DNA of 64,000 nucleotides from Thermoanaerobaculia bacterium (GTDB taxonomy: Bacteria > Acidobacteriota > Thermoanaerobaculia > Multivoradales > Multivoraceae). Location: NCBI GenBank assembly GCA_963664405.1, contig OY761158.1, positions 3,936,001-4,000,000 of the forward strand, in the 5' to 3' direction. Positions 50,575-63,313 of this stretch are shown piece by piece. The number at the start of each line of letters is the position of its first letter. Position 1 is the first letter of the stretch. The notes under the pieces were generated by a model. That model saw nothing but the letters and a program-made list of their open reading frames with translations. It had not been told where the DNA came from and searched no databases. A program made the position numbers and the translations under genes.

Positions 50575-51786
50575 ATGGCATCGCTTAACGTTTTGTCGCA
50601 AGAGGGTACGAGGCCCGAACGTCCCTCCGGGCAACTGTCGGCGATCGATAACCTCGTCGCGGTGGCCAGCGGAAAAGGGGGTGTTGGAAAGTCGACCGTC
50701 GCGGTCAATCTGGCCTTGGCCATGCGCGAATTGAGTTTGCGTGTTGGTATTGTGGATGCCGACATTCTGGGGCCCAGTGTGCCCACGATGCTCGGCCTAC
50801 CGGCAGGACAACCGCCGTCGTCTGGCGATGGCCAAACCTTGATTCCTCCCGAGGCTCATGGCGTAAAAGCCATCTCGATGGGGATGTTCACCGGCCACGA
50901 CCAGCCGGCCATTTTGCGAGGCCCCATGGTCTCCAAGTACATTCAGCTCTTCTTCGAGGGCGTTACATGGGGCGAACTGGATTGTCTGCTCATCGATCTC
51001 CCGCCCGGTACGGGAGATACCCAGCTCACCCTCGCGCAGCAGATCCCCCTGTCGGGCGCCATTATCGTCACCACACCGCAAGATGTCAGTCTCAACATCG
51101 CTCGCCGCGGGTTGCGGATGTTTCAGACAGTCAATGTTCCCATTCTTGGAATCGTTGAAAACATGAGCGGATTCGTCTGCCCTCACTGCGACAAGACAAC
51201 GGATGTGTTTCGGTCCGGTGGTGGGCTTAGAATGGGGCGCGAACTGGGTGTGCCTTTCTTGGGCGCGGTTCCCTTGGATGCCGAGATTGTTCTCAGCGGG
51301 GATCAGGGCGTCCCGATCGTCGTTTCAAAGCCCAAGTCTCGGGCATACGACGCATACATCGATATAGCAACCACTCTCATTACCCAGCTGGGGGCCAATC
51401 CAAAACCGGCGCTTCGGCCCTTCGTGTGGAACTGGTCGACTGGCGAAGGCGCGCCGAAGTGGTTGAAGGAAGCGGCCCACAAAGACGGCGATCCGAATAC
51501 CCCCATCGGGTTGCGGAGAAAGGACGCCAAGACACTGGAGATCCTCTGGAGCGACGGAGCCCTCCACCAGTACAACGCTCGGAATCTGCGGTTGGCCTGT
51601 CCGTGCGCCCAGTGCCTCGAGGAGATAACTGGACGCAAGGTTCTCGATCCCGAAACGGTGAAGGAAGACATCGAACCCCGCGTCATTTCGAGCGTAGGGC
51701 GCTACGCCATCACGATTCAGTGGACCGACGGTCACAGCACCGGCATTTATCCTTTCGAACGGCTGCGCGAAAAGGTGAGCCCATGA
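50575..51786 (+). CDS. apbC: Mrp/ApbC Fe-S carrier ATPase with C-terminal DUF971
   Basis: VASGKGGVGKST, DLPPGTGD, ENMS..CPHC; LRLACPCAQC..GRYA..WTDGHSTGIY. Confidence 0.92.
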   Translation: MASLNVLSQEGTRPERPSGQLSAIDNLVAVASGKGGVGKSTVAVNLALAMRELSLRVGIVDADILGPSVPTMLGLPAGQPPSSGDGQTLIPPEAHGVKAISMGMFTGHDQPAILRGPMVSKYIQLFFEGVTWGELDCLLIDLPPGTGDTQLTLAQQIPLSGAIIVTTPQDVSLNIARRGLRMFQTVNVPILGIVENMSGFVCPHCDKTTDVFRSGGGLRMGRELGVPFLGAVPLDAEIVLSGDQGVPIVVSKPKSRAYDAYIDIATTLITQLGANPKPALRPFVWNWSTGEGAPKWLKEAAHKDGDPNTPIGLRRKDAKTLEILWSDGALHQYNARNLRLACPCAQCLEEITGRKVLDPETVKEDIEPRVISSVGRYAITIQWTDGHSTGIYPFERLREKVSP

Positions 51787-51909
51787 CGACCGCCACGTTG
51801 CACAGCGACCCGTTCACCATGCCAAGACTCGTCCTTTACTCGTGACCGCGGAAACGTACCGGGTGTCAAGGAACATCATCTTTGACGACCCCTGTCTGGT
51901 TTCTTTGTA

Positions 51910-53687
<1,778 letters not shown>

Positions 53688-53691
<4 letters not shown>

Positions 53692-54881
53692 AGTGGGCCT
53701 GCGCGCTGTCGACCCAGCCGGACCTCGAAGCCGCCTTCACTGAAGCAACCGAGGTTCTCGAGCAAGAGCTCGGATCTCTCGACGTAGATCTGGTAGTCGC
53801 ATTCGTTTCCCCGCATCACGAGGGTGAGTGGCGGCGGCTGCCGGAGATGCTCGGTGGGCGGTTCACAAACTCCGTGCAGCTCGGGTGCACGGCGAATGGA
53901 GTCGTCGGTGGCGGACGCGAAGTCGAGGGCAGCCCGGCTCTCTCGGTAACAGCAGCGAGCTTGCCGGGAGTGGATGTTCTCCCCTTCATCGTCGAACCCG
54001 GCGACCCCCCTGACCAGCCGGAGCCCGGCACGGTCTTTGGCCGGCTAGTGGAGGACCTCGACGGCGGAATACCGCACTTCGTCCTCCTCCCGGACCCCTT
54101 CTCGTGCGCCGTGGAGCCTCTGCTGGGCCTCCTCGACCGGGCTTTTCCTAGCAGCGTCAAGATCGGCGGTCTTGCGAGCGGTGGCCGGAAGCCCAACGGC
54201 AACTTGCTTTGGTCGGGCGATGAAGTGACCACTGAGGGTGCCGTGGGCGTTGCGCTGCGGGGCGCTCTGCGCCTCGAGACCCTTGTCGCCCAGGGATGCA
54301 GGCCGATCGGTCAGCCGGTTTTCGTGACGAGCTGCCGGGACAACCTCATCTTCGAGCTCGACGGCAAGCGGCCTCTCGAAGTCTTACAGGAGCTCTATGA
54401 GACGGCAGAAGCTCGCGATCGTGAACTCTTCCGTCATTCTCTCTTTCTCGGGGTGGGCATGAGAGAGGGAGAAACGGAATACCAGGTAGGGGACTTCCTC
54501 GTTCGGAATCTCCTCAAGATCGACCAGACAAGCGGGGCCATCGCCGTAGCTGCTCAGGTCGAGCAAGGTACGGTCGTTCAGTTCCATCTGCGCGATGCGG
54601 CAACCTCGGCGGAGGATCTCGAGGCACATCTCGCAGACCTCTCCCGCGAGTCGGCGCCTGAGGGGGCCCTACTGTTCTCCTGCCTCGGGCGAGGCGAACA
54701 TCTCTACGGGCAGCCGGATCACGATAGTCGGGCCTTCGCGTCTCGGTGCGGCCACGTACCCCTTGGCGGTTTCTTCTGCAACGGGGAGATCGGGCCGGTT
54801 CAGGGGAGGACCTTCCTCCACGGCTACACCTCTTCCTTTGGGCTCTTTCGCACACCCCGCGGGTCCGTGAACTCGGGCTAG
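53688..54881 (+). CDS. FIST-domain (NosP-like) sensor protein
   Basis: [46 protein letters not shown]. Confidence 0.92.
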
Positions 54882-54926
54882 CTGGCGCGGTCTTCAGGCT
54901 CGAAGTGCATCCTACGCGGGTTAGTC

Positions 54927-55002
<76 letters not shown>

Positions 55003-55021
55003 ACGCGTCAAAGAGCGAGTC

Positions 55022-55051
55022 ACTCTAGCCGCTGGTTTACGACAGTGTCAA
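55022..55051 (-). promoter_or_regulatory. Sigma-70 promoter of tRNA-Ala
   Basis: TTGACA-18 bp-TAGAGT. Confidence 0.7.
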
Positions 55052-55071
55052 TGAATTCCGCCGAGGCCTGC

Positions 55072-55527
55072 TCAGTTCCCCTGGCGAATTAGGCTGCGCG
55101 CTTCATTGAGCTGGGTGTTGACCTGATCTAAGGTCCGCGCTGCGTTGAGTGGCGGCTCGCCGCCTCGCACCGCCGAACCGAAATCCCCGACGACTCCACT
55201 GAGGGTCGAGAGGGCATCTCCGGCAAGGCGACAGGAGTCGAGGGAGCAGGAGCACGCGTCTTGAGCTGCTGAGATCTGGTCGTATACACCGTTGGCGAAA
55301 CTGTCCCACGACCCTTCGTCGATGGGAGGGGTGGAGAAGGCGCGCATGCCGGAACCGAAGGTCTCACTTGCGCGATCGGCCGCCCCCACGCAGTCGTCCC
55401 CGGACTCTCCCATGTCGCTGAGATTGGACTCGGCTCGATCGCCGGTTGCAGTCAGCTTTGGCAGCAGTTGGGTGTATCCGAAGTAGAGGACGGCGGCTAG
55501 GACTGCGAACTTTATGATCGCTTGCAT
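55072..55527 (-). CDS. Membrane-anchored hypothetical protein
   Basis: GGAGG RBS, N-terminal TM segment, 4 Cys. Confidence 0.7.
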   Translation of the reverse strand: MQAIIKFAVLAAVLYFGYTQLLPKLTATGDRAESNLSDMGESGDDCVGAADRASETFGSGMRAFSTPPIDEGSWDSFANGVYDQISAAQDACSCSLDSCRLAGDALSTLSGVVGDFGSAVRGGEPPLNAARTLDQVNTQLNEARSLIRQGN

Positions 55528-55712
55528 TGGGGGTTCCTCCTCCGACGGTTTGCGCTTGGGCCCGGCCCGGTTAGCCCATTATGACGCCGCGCGCCGAGAA
55601 CACCCAATTGAACGCCTTCGTATGACGTCCTCCCCGCTCTGGCAAGCGGAGGCTCGGGGCGATAGAGTAGTCGAGCGGGTGGTTCGCTTCTGGGCTCGCG
55701 AGCAGGTTGGAG

Positions 55713-56162
55713 ATGTCGCAAACAACGCGTACCGACTTCACCAGGTTGGCGTCCGCCGACGTGAGCTCTGAGAGCTCGACGTCGTCAGCGGGGGCCAATG
55801 TGGCCGTACCCCGGTGCTCAACGCTCGACGGGTTCGCCGAAGAGATCTCGCTCAGGGGCGGTGTGAACATCACCGGCCTCGAGCCGATCACTCCGTTGAT
55901 CGTCCGCACCGAGAACACGGTCTATCGCATCACGGTTCTCGAGCCTTACCGGTTCAGGATCTTGGTGCAGGGGGGAAGCTACTTTCCCGAGGCAACACCG
56001 GCCCATCTGCAGGGCTCGGGCTTCGGAGGGAGTCTCCTCAAGCAGGGCTGGATCGGCCAGGGCTTGCGCATGGAGATCTGCACTGACGACAATCGAATCA
56101 TCACTTCTCGAGTGCGGTCGATGGAGATCGAGGCCGACGCTTCGCTTCCAGGCCCTTTCTAG
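55713..56162 (+). CDS. Hypothetical protein
   Basis: VRTENTVYRI..VQGGSYFPE..GSGFGGSLLK.GWIG.GLRME pattern; plausible codon usage. Confidence 0.7.
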   Translation: MSQTTRTDFTRLASADVSSESSTSSAGANVAVPRCSTLDGFAEEISLRGGVNITGLEPITPLIVRTENTVYRITVLEPYRFRILVQGGSYFPEATPAHLQGSGFGGSLLKQGWIGQGLRMEICTDDNRIITSRVRSMEIEADASLPGPF

Positions 56163-56245
56163 GCTCTGAGATTGAGAGGCGCGTGACCGCCTCTGCGCAA
56201 GTTTCGGTCGATTGGCGGGTTTCACCGCCTGAAGGGAGACACGTG

Positions 56246-58264
56246 ATGTCGATAGCAAGGACGGCTCAGCTCTGGACTCTGGTGCTCGTCTGCGCTGTCT
56301 CCATCGCTGCCCCGGGGTGGGGCGCCGAGGCCAAATTGCCCTGGGCAGCAGCGGGTTTGACCGAGCGTCAGGCCGCTGCCCACCTCTTGGATCGATTTGC
56401 TTATGGGCCCCGGCCCGGTGAGATCGATCGCGTTGTCGACAAGGGCCTCGAAACCTGGCTCGAGGAACAGCTGCAAGGAAGAGTTGACGACTCTGAATTC
56501 CTTGCCCGGGTCGCGATGCTCGACATCTGGAGCATGTCGAGTGAAGAGATACTGAAGACCTTCCCCTCTCCCCCCCGGGTCCGCCGCGAGGCCCAGCAGG
56601 CGGGGGTCCTGTCTGCCGACGCTCCGCCTCCAGGCCCGCCGCCGGAGGGGCAGTCCGCACCGTCCGCCGAGCGTCGCGAGCAGAGCCGCAAGCTGCAGGA
56701 GTTTTCTCGCGAGAAGGGCTATCGGAACCAGCGGGAGCTTCTCGGTCAGCTGATGGCTCACAAGCTCTTTCAGGCTGTCTATTCTCAGCGTCAGCTCGAG
56801 GCAGTGCTCACCGATTTCTGGTTCAACCACTTCAATGTTTCGATGACCGACAACCAGAGTCGCGTCCACTTGCTCGCCTATGAGCGCGATGCCATCCGCC
56901 CCGGCGTGCTGGGGAGCTTCCATGAGCTTCTGGTGGAGACGGCCGCCCATCCGGCCATGCTCACGTATCTCGATAACGCCCAGTCGACCGCGAAGGAAGG
57001 TGTGAGAACTACGGCCGAGATGAAGATGGCCGAGCTCGGTCAGCCGAGGGGGAACGGCCGTCGTGGCTTGGGATCGCGCCCCGGTGGGATGCAACGACCG
57101 CAGCAGAATAATAGGCCGCGGGGGCTCAACGAGAATTTTGCCCGCGAGCTCATGGAGCTTCACACCCTCGGAGTGGACGGCGGCTATACCCAGGAGGATG
57201 TGATCGAAGTGGCGCGTGCTTTCACCGGCTGGTCGGTTCTTCCTCAGGGACCGCAGGGCGCACGCGCGCGCCAGCAAATGGAGCGGATGCAGGCGATGGG
57301 AATGGTCGGTTTCACCATCCGCGACGCTTTCATCTTCCGAGCCGATGCTCACGACGCCGAGCCCAAGAAGGTGCTCGGTAGGAAACTGCCCGCTGGGCGT
57401 GGGATCGAAGATGGGCTCGAGGTGCTCGAGCTGCTTGCCAGCCGGCCTGAGACGGCCGGCCACCTGAGTCACAAGCTGGCCGTGCGCTTCGTCTCTGACG
57501 AGCCGCCGGCAACTCTCGAGAAGCGCCTGACCGAGGCCTATCTTTCCTCCGGTGGGAACATCAGTGTCGTTCTGCGGAGTCTTGCCTACGCGCCGGAATT
57601 CTGGGCGGACGACGCTCGACGCCAGAAGATCAAGTCTCCCTTCGAGGTGGCGGTCTCGGCTGTGCGGGCCCTCGGTGCCGAGGTGACCGACCCCGGCGAT
57701 CTGGTGGAGTGGGTGTCGAGAATGGGTGAGCCGCTCTACGCTTACCAGGCGCCAACCGGCTACCCGGACCGGGCCGACGCCTGGGTCAACACCGGCTCGC
57801 TGCTGACTCGCATGAACTTCGGCCTCAACCTGGCCACCGGACGAGTGCTCGGAGTGGAGCACGATCTCGCTGCCCTTAACCGGAACCGCGAACCGGCATC
57901 GCTCGAGGACGCGCTGGCTACCTATGCTGCTTTGCTGATGCCCGAGCGGGACCTGGAAGCGACCCTGGAGCGGTTGCAGCCGATGGTAAGCGACCCGGAG
58001 GCCCTGAACCGTCTCACCGAGGCGGCGCCGGATGAAGGCGCCGATACCCCCGCGCCGCGGCGGCGTTATGGACAGCTGCGCACGCCTCAGATGGAAGCCG
58101 ACAACGAGATGATGGCAGAGATGCGAGCCGGCGGGCCCGACGCCCAGCAAGCGCAGCGACGAATGCGCCGACGCATGCGGGAGATGTCCGCTCTGGAGCC
58201 TCCAAGCCCACTGGAGAACATCGTGGGTGTGATCTTGGGCTCTCCCGAGTTTCAGCGGCAATGA
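56246..58264 (+). CDS. DUF1800-family secreted protein
   Basis: HLLDRFAYGPRPG, DFWFNHFNV, PAMLTYLDN, NENFARELMELHTLG, SPEFQ. Confidence 0.93.
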   Translation: MSIARTAQLWTLVLVCAVSIAAPGWGAEAKLPWAAAGLTERQAAAHLLDRFAYGPRPGEIDRVVDKGLETWLEEQLQGRVDDSEFLARVAMLDIWSMSSEEILKTFPSPPRVRREAQQAGVLSADAPPPGPPPEGQSAPSAERREQSRKLQEFSREKGYRNQRELLGQLMAHKLFQAVYSQRQLEAVLTDFWFNHFNVSMTDNQSRVHLLAYERDAIRPGVLGSFHELLVETAAHPAMLTYLDNAQSTAKEGVRTTAEMKMAELGQPRGNGRRGLGSRPGGMQRPQQNNRPRGLNENFARELMELHTLGVDGGYTQEDVIEVARAFTGWSVLPQGPQGARARQQMERMQAMGMVGFTIRDAFIFRADAHDAEPKKVLGRKLPAGRGIEDGLEVLELLASRPETAGHLSHKLAVRFVSDEPPATLEKRLTEAYLSSGGNISVVLRSLAYAPEFWADDARRQKIKSPFEVAVSAVRALGAEVTDPGDLVEWVSRMGEPLYAYQAPTGYPDRADAWVNTGSLLTRMNFGLNLATGRVLGVEHDLAALNRNREPASLEDALATYAALLMPERDLEATLERLQPMVSDPEALNRLTEAAPDEGADTPAPRRRYGQLRTPQMEADNEMMAEMRAGGPDAQQAQRRMRRRMREMSALEPPSPLENIVGVILGSPEFQRQ

Positions 58265-58295
58265 CTTCTGCGGACGCGAAGGAAGGAGTGAGCTG

Positions 58296-59576
58296 ATGAT
58301 CGATCGACGTGCTTTTTTCAAGGCAGGTGGGCTGAGTCTGGTTGCTGTAGGAGCCGGCTCACTATCGGGTGGGCCTCTTTTTTTGGCCCGAACCGCTCTC
58401 GCTGCAGCCGGCCCCACCGGCCACCAGCGACGAAAGGTGTTGGTGTCGATCTTCCAGCGTGGCGCGATGGACGGTCTGATGGCGGTGCCTCCGCTCGAGG
58501 AGGAGAAGCTGCTCAAGAGGTACCGGCCCCAGCTCGCGATGGCTGGAGCCCGAAGCGGGGGAGAGAACCGGGTTCTCGACCTGGGCAACGGATTCGGCCT
58601 CCATCCGGCCCTTGGCGCTCTCGAGCCGCTTTGGAAGGACAGCCGGTTGGCGATCGCACATCAGGTGGGGTCGCCCGACGCGACTCGCTCGCACTTCGAT
58701 GCCCAGGACTACATGGAGACCGGAACGCCGGGGCGAAAAGGAACTCCCTCCGGTTGGCTCAATCGAGTGAGTGGCCTGCTGGGCCATGAGAGTACGCCCT
58801 TTCGCTCGGTGTCGATGACGTCGGCGCTGCCGCGCTCCCTGTATGGCCCCGAGCAGGCGCTTGCGATCTCGCGGCTCGAAGATTTCAAGTTGCGTTTGCC
58901 CGGCGCCGATCGGGTGGCCGCGGTGGCGGGCGAAGGCTTCGAGGCTCTCTACGAAGAGGCCTCACAGGAGCTCTTACGCGAGACAGGGGCCGACACCTTC
59001 GATGCGGTGAAAGTGCTTTCCGATCTCGATCTGCGCAACTATCGGCCGGCCGCTGGAGTGAGCTATCCCAGCAGCCCACTCGGCACCGCCCTCCGGCAGA
59101 TCGCTCTCTTGATCAAGTCGGATGTCGGTCTCGAGGTGGCCTTCACCGAGAGCGGAGGCTGGGACACTCACGTCCAGCAGGGGACCACGAACGGCAGCTT
59201 CAATCGTCGCGCCCGCGATCTGGCGGACTCGATCGCCGCTTTCTGGCGGGACCTGGGGCAGCACCAAGACGAGGTGGTGCTCACGACCATGACCGAGTTC
59301 GGTCGCACCGTAAAGCAGAACGGCTCCGGCGGCACCGATCACGGTCATGGGTCATGCCTCTTCGTGCTCGGCAACAAGGTGCGCGGCGGCGAGGTGCACG
59401 GCGGAATCGAGGGTTTAGACCAGGACCTTCTCTATGAGGGTCGAGATCTTCCGGTCAGCGTGGACTTCCGCTCTGTATTCTCGGAGCTTGCCGGTGCTCA
59501 CCTCGGTGTGCCGACGGGTCAGGAGCTCTTCCCAGGCTGGCAGGGGTCGTCGATCCCACTCTTTCAGCGCGCCTGA
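58296..59576 (+). CDS. DUF1501-family Tat-exported protein
   Basis: RRAFFK Tat motif, RGAMDGL, RSHFDAQ, GGWDTH, EFGRTV..NG..GTDHGHG. Confidence 0.93.
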   Translation: MIDRRAFFKAGGLSLVAVGAGSLSGGPLFLARTALAAAGPTGHQRRKVLVSIFQRGAMDGLMAVPPLEEEKLLKRYRPQLAMAGARSGGENRVLDLGNGFGLHPALGALEPLWKDSRLAIAHQVGSPDATRSHFDAQDYMETGTPGRKGTPSGWLNRVSGLLGHESTPFRSVSMTSALPRSLYGPEQALAISRLEDFKLRLPGADRVAAVAGEGFEALYEEASQELLRETGADTFDAVKVLSDLDLRNYRPAAGVSYPSSPLGTALRQIALLIKSDVGLEVAFTESGGWDTHVQQGTTNGSFNRRARDLADSIAAFWRDLGQHQDEVVLTTMTEFGRTVKQNGSGGTDHGHGSCLFVLGNKVRGGEVHGGIEGLDQDLLYEGRDLPVSVDFRSVFSELAGAHLGVPTGQELFPGWQGSSIPLFQRA

Positions 59577-59683
59577 CGGCGAGCCACAAGGAGCGAGTCC
59601 TCGCGTCGAGTCTGAAACTTTCTTCGTCGAGATTCCGTTCTTGTGAGAGAGACGGAGTCATTCAACTTGATTGGAGAAAGCTG

Positions 59684-60271
59684 ATGCAAAGAGAGCCTAG
59701 ACAGAGCAGAGCTCTTGTCCCTATAGCGTTTGCGATTATCGCGTCGATTCTGATTGCCACACCGGGCCTGCTGGCGCAGGAGCGTTGGTTGCACGTACGA
59801 GTCAGCGAGGAGGGTACGGATGCTGTCGAAGTCAGCGTCAACCTTCCTCTCACCTTGATCGAGTCGGCGCTGGCGCTGATTCCGGCGGAGGTCGAGGAGG
59901 AGATCCGGATGGAGCTCAACGAAGTGGACTTCGATATGGAGGAGCTGCGAGCGTTCTGGCGAGAGGCTCGCAACACCGACGACGCGACCTTTGTGACGGT
60001 GGAGTCCGAGGAGGAGTCGATACGCGTGGCGAAGGAAGGAGACTTTCTCGTAGCCGAGACCACCGAGCTTCGCGAGGGTGGGGCTGAGGTCAGCGTCCGT
60101 TTCCCTTTCGAGATCCTCGACGCTCTTTTTGAGGGCGAGGAGAACAAGCTCGATCTAGCGGGGGCGGTGCGCGCCTTGGCCGAGCACGGCGATGGCGACA
60201 TCGTCACGGTCAAAGACGGAGAGACCCGAGTGCGCGTCTGGGTCGACGACGACAACGAGTCGGTTCGTTAG
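59684..60271 (+). CDS. Secreted hypothetical protein
   Basis: Signal peptide, WLHVRV..VSVNLPL, acidic. Confidence 0.75.
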   Translation: MQREPRQSRALVPIAFAIIASILIATPGLLAQERWLHVRVSEEGTDAVEVSVNLPLTLIESALALIPAEVEEEIRMELNEVDFDMEELRAFWREARNTDDATFVTVESEEESIRVAKEGDFLVAETTELREGGAEVSVRFPFEILDALFEGEENKLDLAGAVRALAEHGDGDIVTVKDGETRVRVWVDDDNESVR

Positions 60272-60278
60272 GCTTGTC

Positions 60279-60731
60279 ATGATCAAGATCATCAGTCTCT
60301 TTTTCTTGATCAGCATCGCGATGTGCACCGCGACTGTGGTGGCCGGCACGGCCTACCTGGTGGTGGGTGGCATCGCGGTTTGCGAGGTTGAGACACCGGA
60401 GGTGTCTCTCACCATCCCGGTCCCTACTCAGCTCGCCGATGCCGGCCTCCTGCTCGCCCGCTTCAACCTGCCGCGGGACAGCGAGTGGAGCGAGATGCGC
60501 GATGAGATCGCGCCCTTCATGCCGGCGATTCGCTCAGCGCTGAACGCATTGGCCAGCGTGAAGGACGGCACCACTCTAGTCTCGGTGGAGACCGAGGATG
60601 AGACCGTCTTGATCGCGAAGCGTGGCGGCCGCTTCCACGTGGACGTCGATGCTCCGGACGCTACCGTCCACGTTTCCGTGCCTGCGCGCTCGATGAAGCG
60701 TATCGCCCGCGGGGTCCCGGAGCTTTTATAG
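60279..60731 (+). CDS. Hypothetical membrane-anchored protein
   Basis: Follows previous gene by 7 bp; similar V-S-V-P motifs. Confidence 0.7.
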   Translation: MIKIISLFFLISIAMCTATVVAGTAYLVVGGIAVCEVETPEVSLTIPVPTQLADAGLLLARFNLPRDSEWSEMRDEIAPFMPAIRSALNALASVKDGTTLVSVETEDETVLIAKRGGRFHVDVDAPDATVHVSVPARSMKRIARGVPELL

Positions 60732-60756
60732 CCTCCAAGGCGGTACAATCTCGCGC

Positions 60757-60856
60757 GGAAGCGCTCGGGGGCTGGTGCCTCCCGCGGTCTTCAAAACCGT
60801 AGTTCGGCTCTGGTTTCAGGGTCGAGGGTGGGTTCGATTCCCATGCGCTTCCGCCA
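60757..60856 (+). tRNA. selC: tRNA-Sec (UCA)
   Basis: 8-bp acceptor GGAAGCGC/GCGCTTCC, 6-bp D stem with TGGT loop, CTTCAAA anticodon loop, long variable arm, 5-bp T stem, GCCA end; TACAAT upstream. Confidence 0.95.
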
Positions 60857-61072
60857 TTTTGCGGGCGCATAGCGTGCAATGGCGTAAGCGAATGGGAAGT
60901 CGGAACTCGCGCCCCCTGGCGGGGCCGCTCGGAACGATTCCCATGCGCTCGTGCGGTGAGCGCTTTGCGCCCACCTGGAGGAGGTTTGGAGTGGGCCGAC
61001 AATCGGCTGGCACCAGCTCGGCTGGGAGCCGCGGGGTCGCGGTCGCTGTGATTGGAGTAGGGTACGCGAACC

Positions 61073-61954
61073 ATGCCCACGTTCGAGGCTCTTGGCGGCT
61101 TGCGGTACGCGGCCGCGTACCCGTATGAGTTCGCCAAGCATCTCCGGGCCAGAACCGGCCCCATCCGCATCGCTCAACGGGCCCTCGCCAGAGTCGATTC
61201 TCCCGTCACCGAGAACGACAGAGCCCTGCTGGCTCTGCGGGGGATTCATCGCGGTCGGAGGTGTTTTGTCGTCGGCAACGGGCCGAGTTTGCGCCTCACA
61301 GATCTGACGGCGATCTGCGACGACATCACCATCGCCTCGAACCGAATCTTCCTCGCTCTCGGTGATGTGTCATGGAGGCCCACCTATTACACCGTTACAG
61401 ATCCGCTTTACTCAGAGCTCGACCGCGACCGCATTGCCAGGCTCGATCTCGTCAAGATCTTTCCCGACTATATGCGTCGTATTCTCGGGCGTGGTACACC
61501 GCAAGGCGCGCAGGGTTCGACTCTTTTCTATCGCCCGCTTCGCTCGCGGTTCACGCCCTCCGGCGAGTATCTCGGTCGCTTTTCAGCGGACGCACTCAAG
61601 GGCTTCCATCCTGGGCGGTCGGTGACCGTCCTGAACATCCAGCTTGCTCACTATCTCGGTTGCAATCCGATCTATCTGATCGGCGTCGACGGACACTACA
61701 GGCTCTCCGGCGAGGTTGAGCACCGCGCGCCCTACGGGAAGATCCTCGTGAGCCGCGGCGAGCTCAACCACTTTCATGAGGACTACCGCGCCCCCGGCGA
61801 GCCCTATCAGGTTCCCGAACCGGAGCTCGTCGAGGCCGGCCTCAGAGCCTGCCGCGAGTATCTCGAGGCCGAGGCTGTCGACCTCCGCAATGCATCGCGC
61901 TCGACCCGGGTTCAGGCTCTGGAGTGTGTGAGTCTCGACGAGTTGATCGGATGA
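61073..61954 (+). CDS. DUF115/MptE-like Rossmann-fold transferase (glycan modification)
   Basis: RCFVVGNGPSL, TIASNRIF, QLAHYLGCNPIYLIGVD, NHFH.DY. Confidence 0.8.
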   Translation: MPTFEALGGLRYAAAYPYEFAKHLRARTGPIRIAQRALARVDSPVTENDRALLALRGIHRGRRCFVVGNGPSLRLTDLTAICDDITIASNRIFLALGDVSWRPTYYTVTDPLYSELDRDRIARLDLVKIFPDYMRRILGRGTPQGAQGSTLFYRPLRSRFTPSGEYLGRFSADALKGFHPGRSVTVLNIQLAHYLGCNPIYLIGVDGHYRLSGEVEHRAPYGKILVSRGELNHFHEDYRAPGEPYQVPEPELVEAGLRACREYLEAEAVDLRNASRSTRVQALECVSLDELIG

Positions 61955-62775
61955 CGGCGGCGGAACCAATCATGTTTCCCAAGATCCTGCATCAGACCTG
62001 GAAGACGGTGGATCTATCGGGCGTCCCTGAGTTCGAGATGTGCTCGGAATCGTGGAGGAGGCATCACCCCGACTATGAGTACCGGCTCTGGGACGACACA
62101 GCCAATCGGGAGTTCGTCGGTGAGAGGTTCGAGTGGTATCTCGAGACCTGGCTGTCGTTCGACAAGAACATCAAGCGGCTGGACTCCATCCGCTACATGT
62201 GGATGCATCAATACGGAGGCATCTACGCGGATCTGGACATGGAATGCTTGCAAAACCTTAAGCCGCTGATCGACGAGCACCGGGATCGCGAGATCCTGCT
62301 CTTCTGCGACTTCGATCGTGATGGCACCTGCCTGTCGGTGAACCCCGCACTGATCGTCTCCAAACCGGGCTCAAAGTTCTGGCGCAACATCCTCGAGTAC
62401 GCGGGCGAGCACAGCGACCGGTTCGTGACTCACTGTACTGGTCCCGGCGCCCTTGGAGTCGTTGCGCGTCAGCACAGGGAGGAGTTCGACATCGCTTTTC
62501 TCGACCAGAACGAGCTCATTGTCCGCAAGTCGAAGAAGGATGTCTATCGACGGATCCCAGGCAACGAGAACGACTGGGAGACCTATCGGGATGTGTACTG
62601 CACCACCGAGAAGCCGGCCAAGTACTACGAGGACAAGAAGCGGAAGTACGTGGCCGATTGGCACGGGACCCCCGCGCAGTACCGGTGGCGCAACGAATAC
62701 GGCAAATGGGGCGCGAGAATCCAACGGGCCTGGAAGGGAGCGCCGTCGGCCCGCAAGTGGCAGTTCTGGCGGTGA
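61951..62775 (+). CDS. GT32 (DXD, Och1-like) glycosyltransferase
   Basis: PKILHQTWK, YGGIYADLDMECL, TGPGAL. Confidence 0.9.
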   Translation: MTAAEPIMFPKILHQTWKTVDLSGVPEFEMCSESWRRHHPDYEYRLWDDTANREFVGERFEWYLETWLSFDKNIKRLDSIRYMWMHQYGGIYADLDMECLQNLKPLIDEHRDREILLFCDFDRDGTCLSVNPALIVSKPGSKFWRNILEYAGEHSDRFVTHCTGPGALGVVARQHREEFDIAFLDQNELIVRKSKKDVYRRIPGNENDWETYRDVYCTTEKPAKYYEDKKRKYVADWHGTPAQYRWRNEYGKWGARIQRAWKGAPSARKWQFWR

Positions 62776-62781
62776 GACTCG

Positions 62782-63122
62782 ATGGTCGGGATCGGGCACC
62801 TGCGCGAGCGACATCGCGGCCGAAGCGTCGCGATTCTGGGGTCGTCTCGCTCGTCAGGGGGGCGACGATCTCCGGTGTGGCTGCCCAGCTGGCCCTTGTC
62901 ATGGGCGCGGCCGAGATCCATCTCTATGGATGCTCCTTCGGCACGCTCCCGGGGGATTCCCACTACGCCTACGACAACCGCCAGGAACCCGGCGGGATCG
63001 ACGCGAACCAGGTCCGGCGGATGGACTACGTCCTGTCGGAGATCGGCAGTTGGGGTGTTCGCATCTACAGCCACGGCTGGACCACGTTGAAGTATCCAGG
63101 TGCGTGGCGCGCCGACGCGTAG
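62782..63122 (+). pseudogene. Internally deleted DUF115-like gene
   Basis: HRGRSVAILGS joined out of frame to ATISGVAAQLALVMGAAEIHLYGC. Confidence 0.6.
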
Positions 63123-63313
63123 CCGGGTCCAGAGCGGATGCCAGGAGCGTGCCTACACCTCGCCGATCTGGTACATGCCGTAGAGCTGCGGCGGGGTCGA
63201 GGAGGCTGCGGCGCGCAGCTCGGGAGCTAGCACCCAGACTGACTTCGCAGGTGTGTCGAGTGGCCATCGGAGGCCGCTCCCGATGAGACTCGGTGCCCCA
63301 GGGCTGGGTGCAC

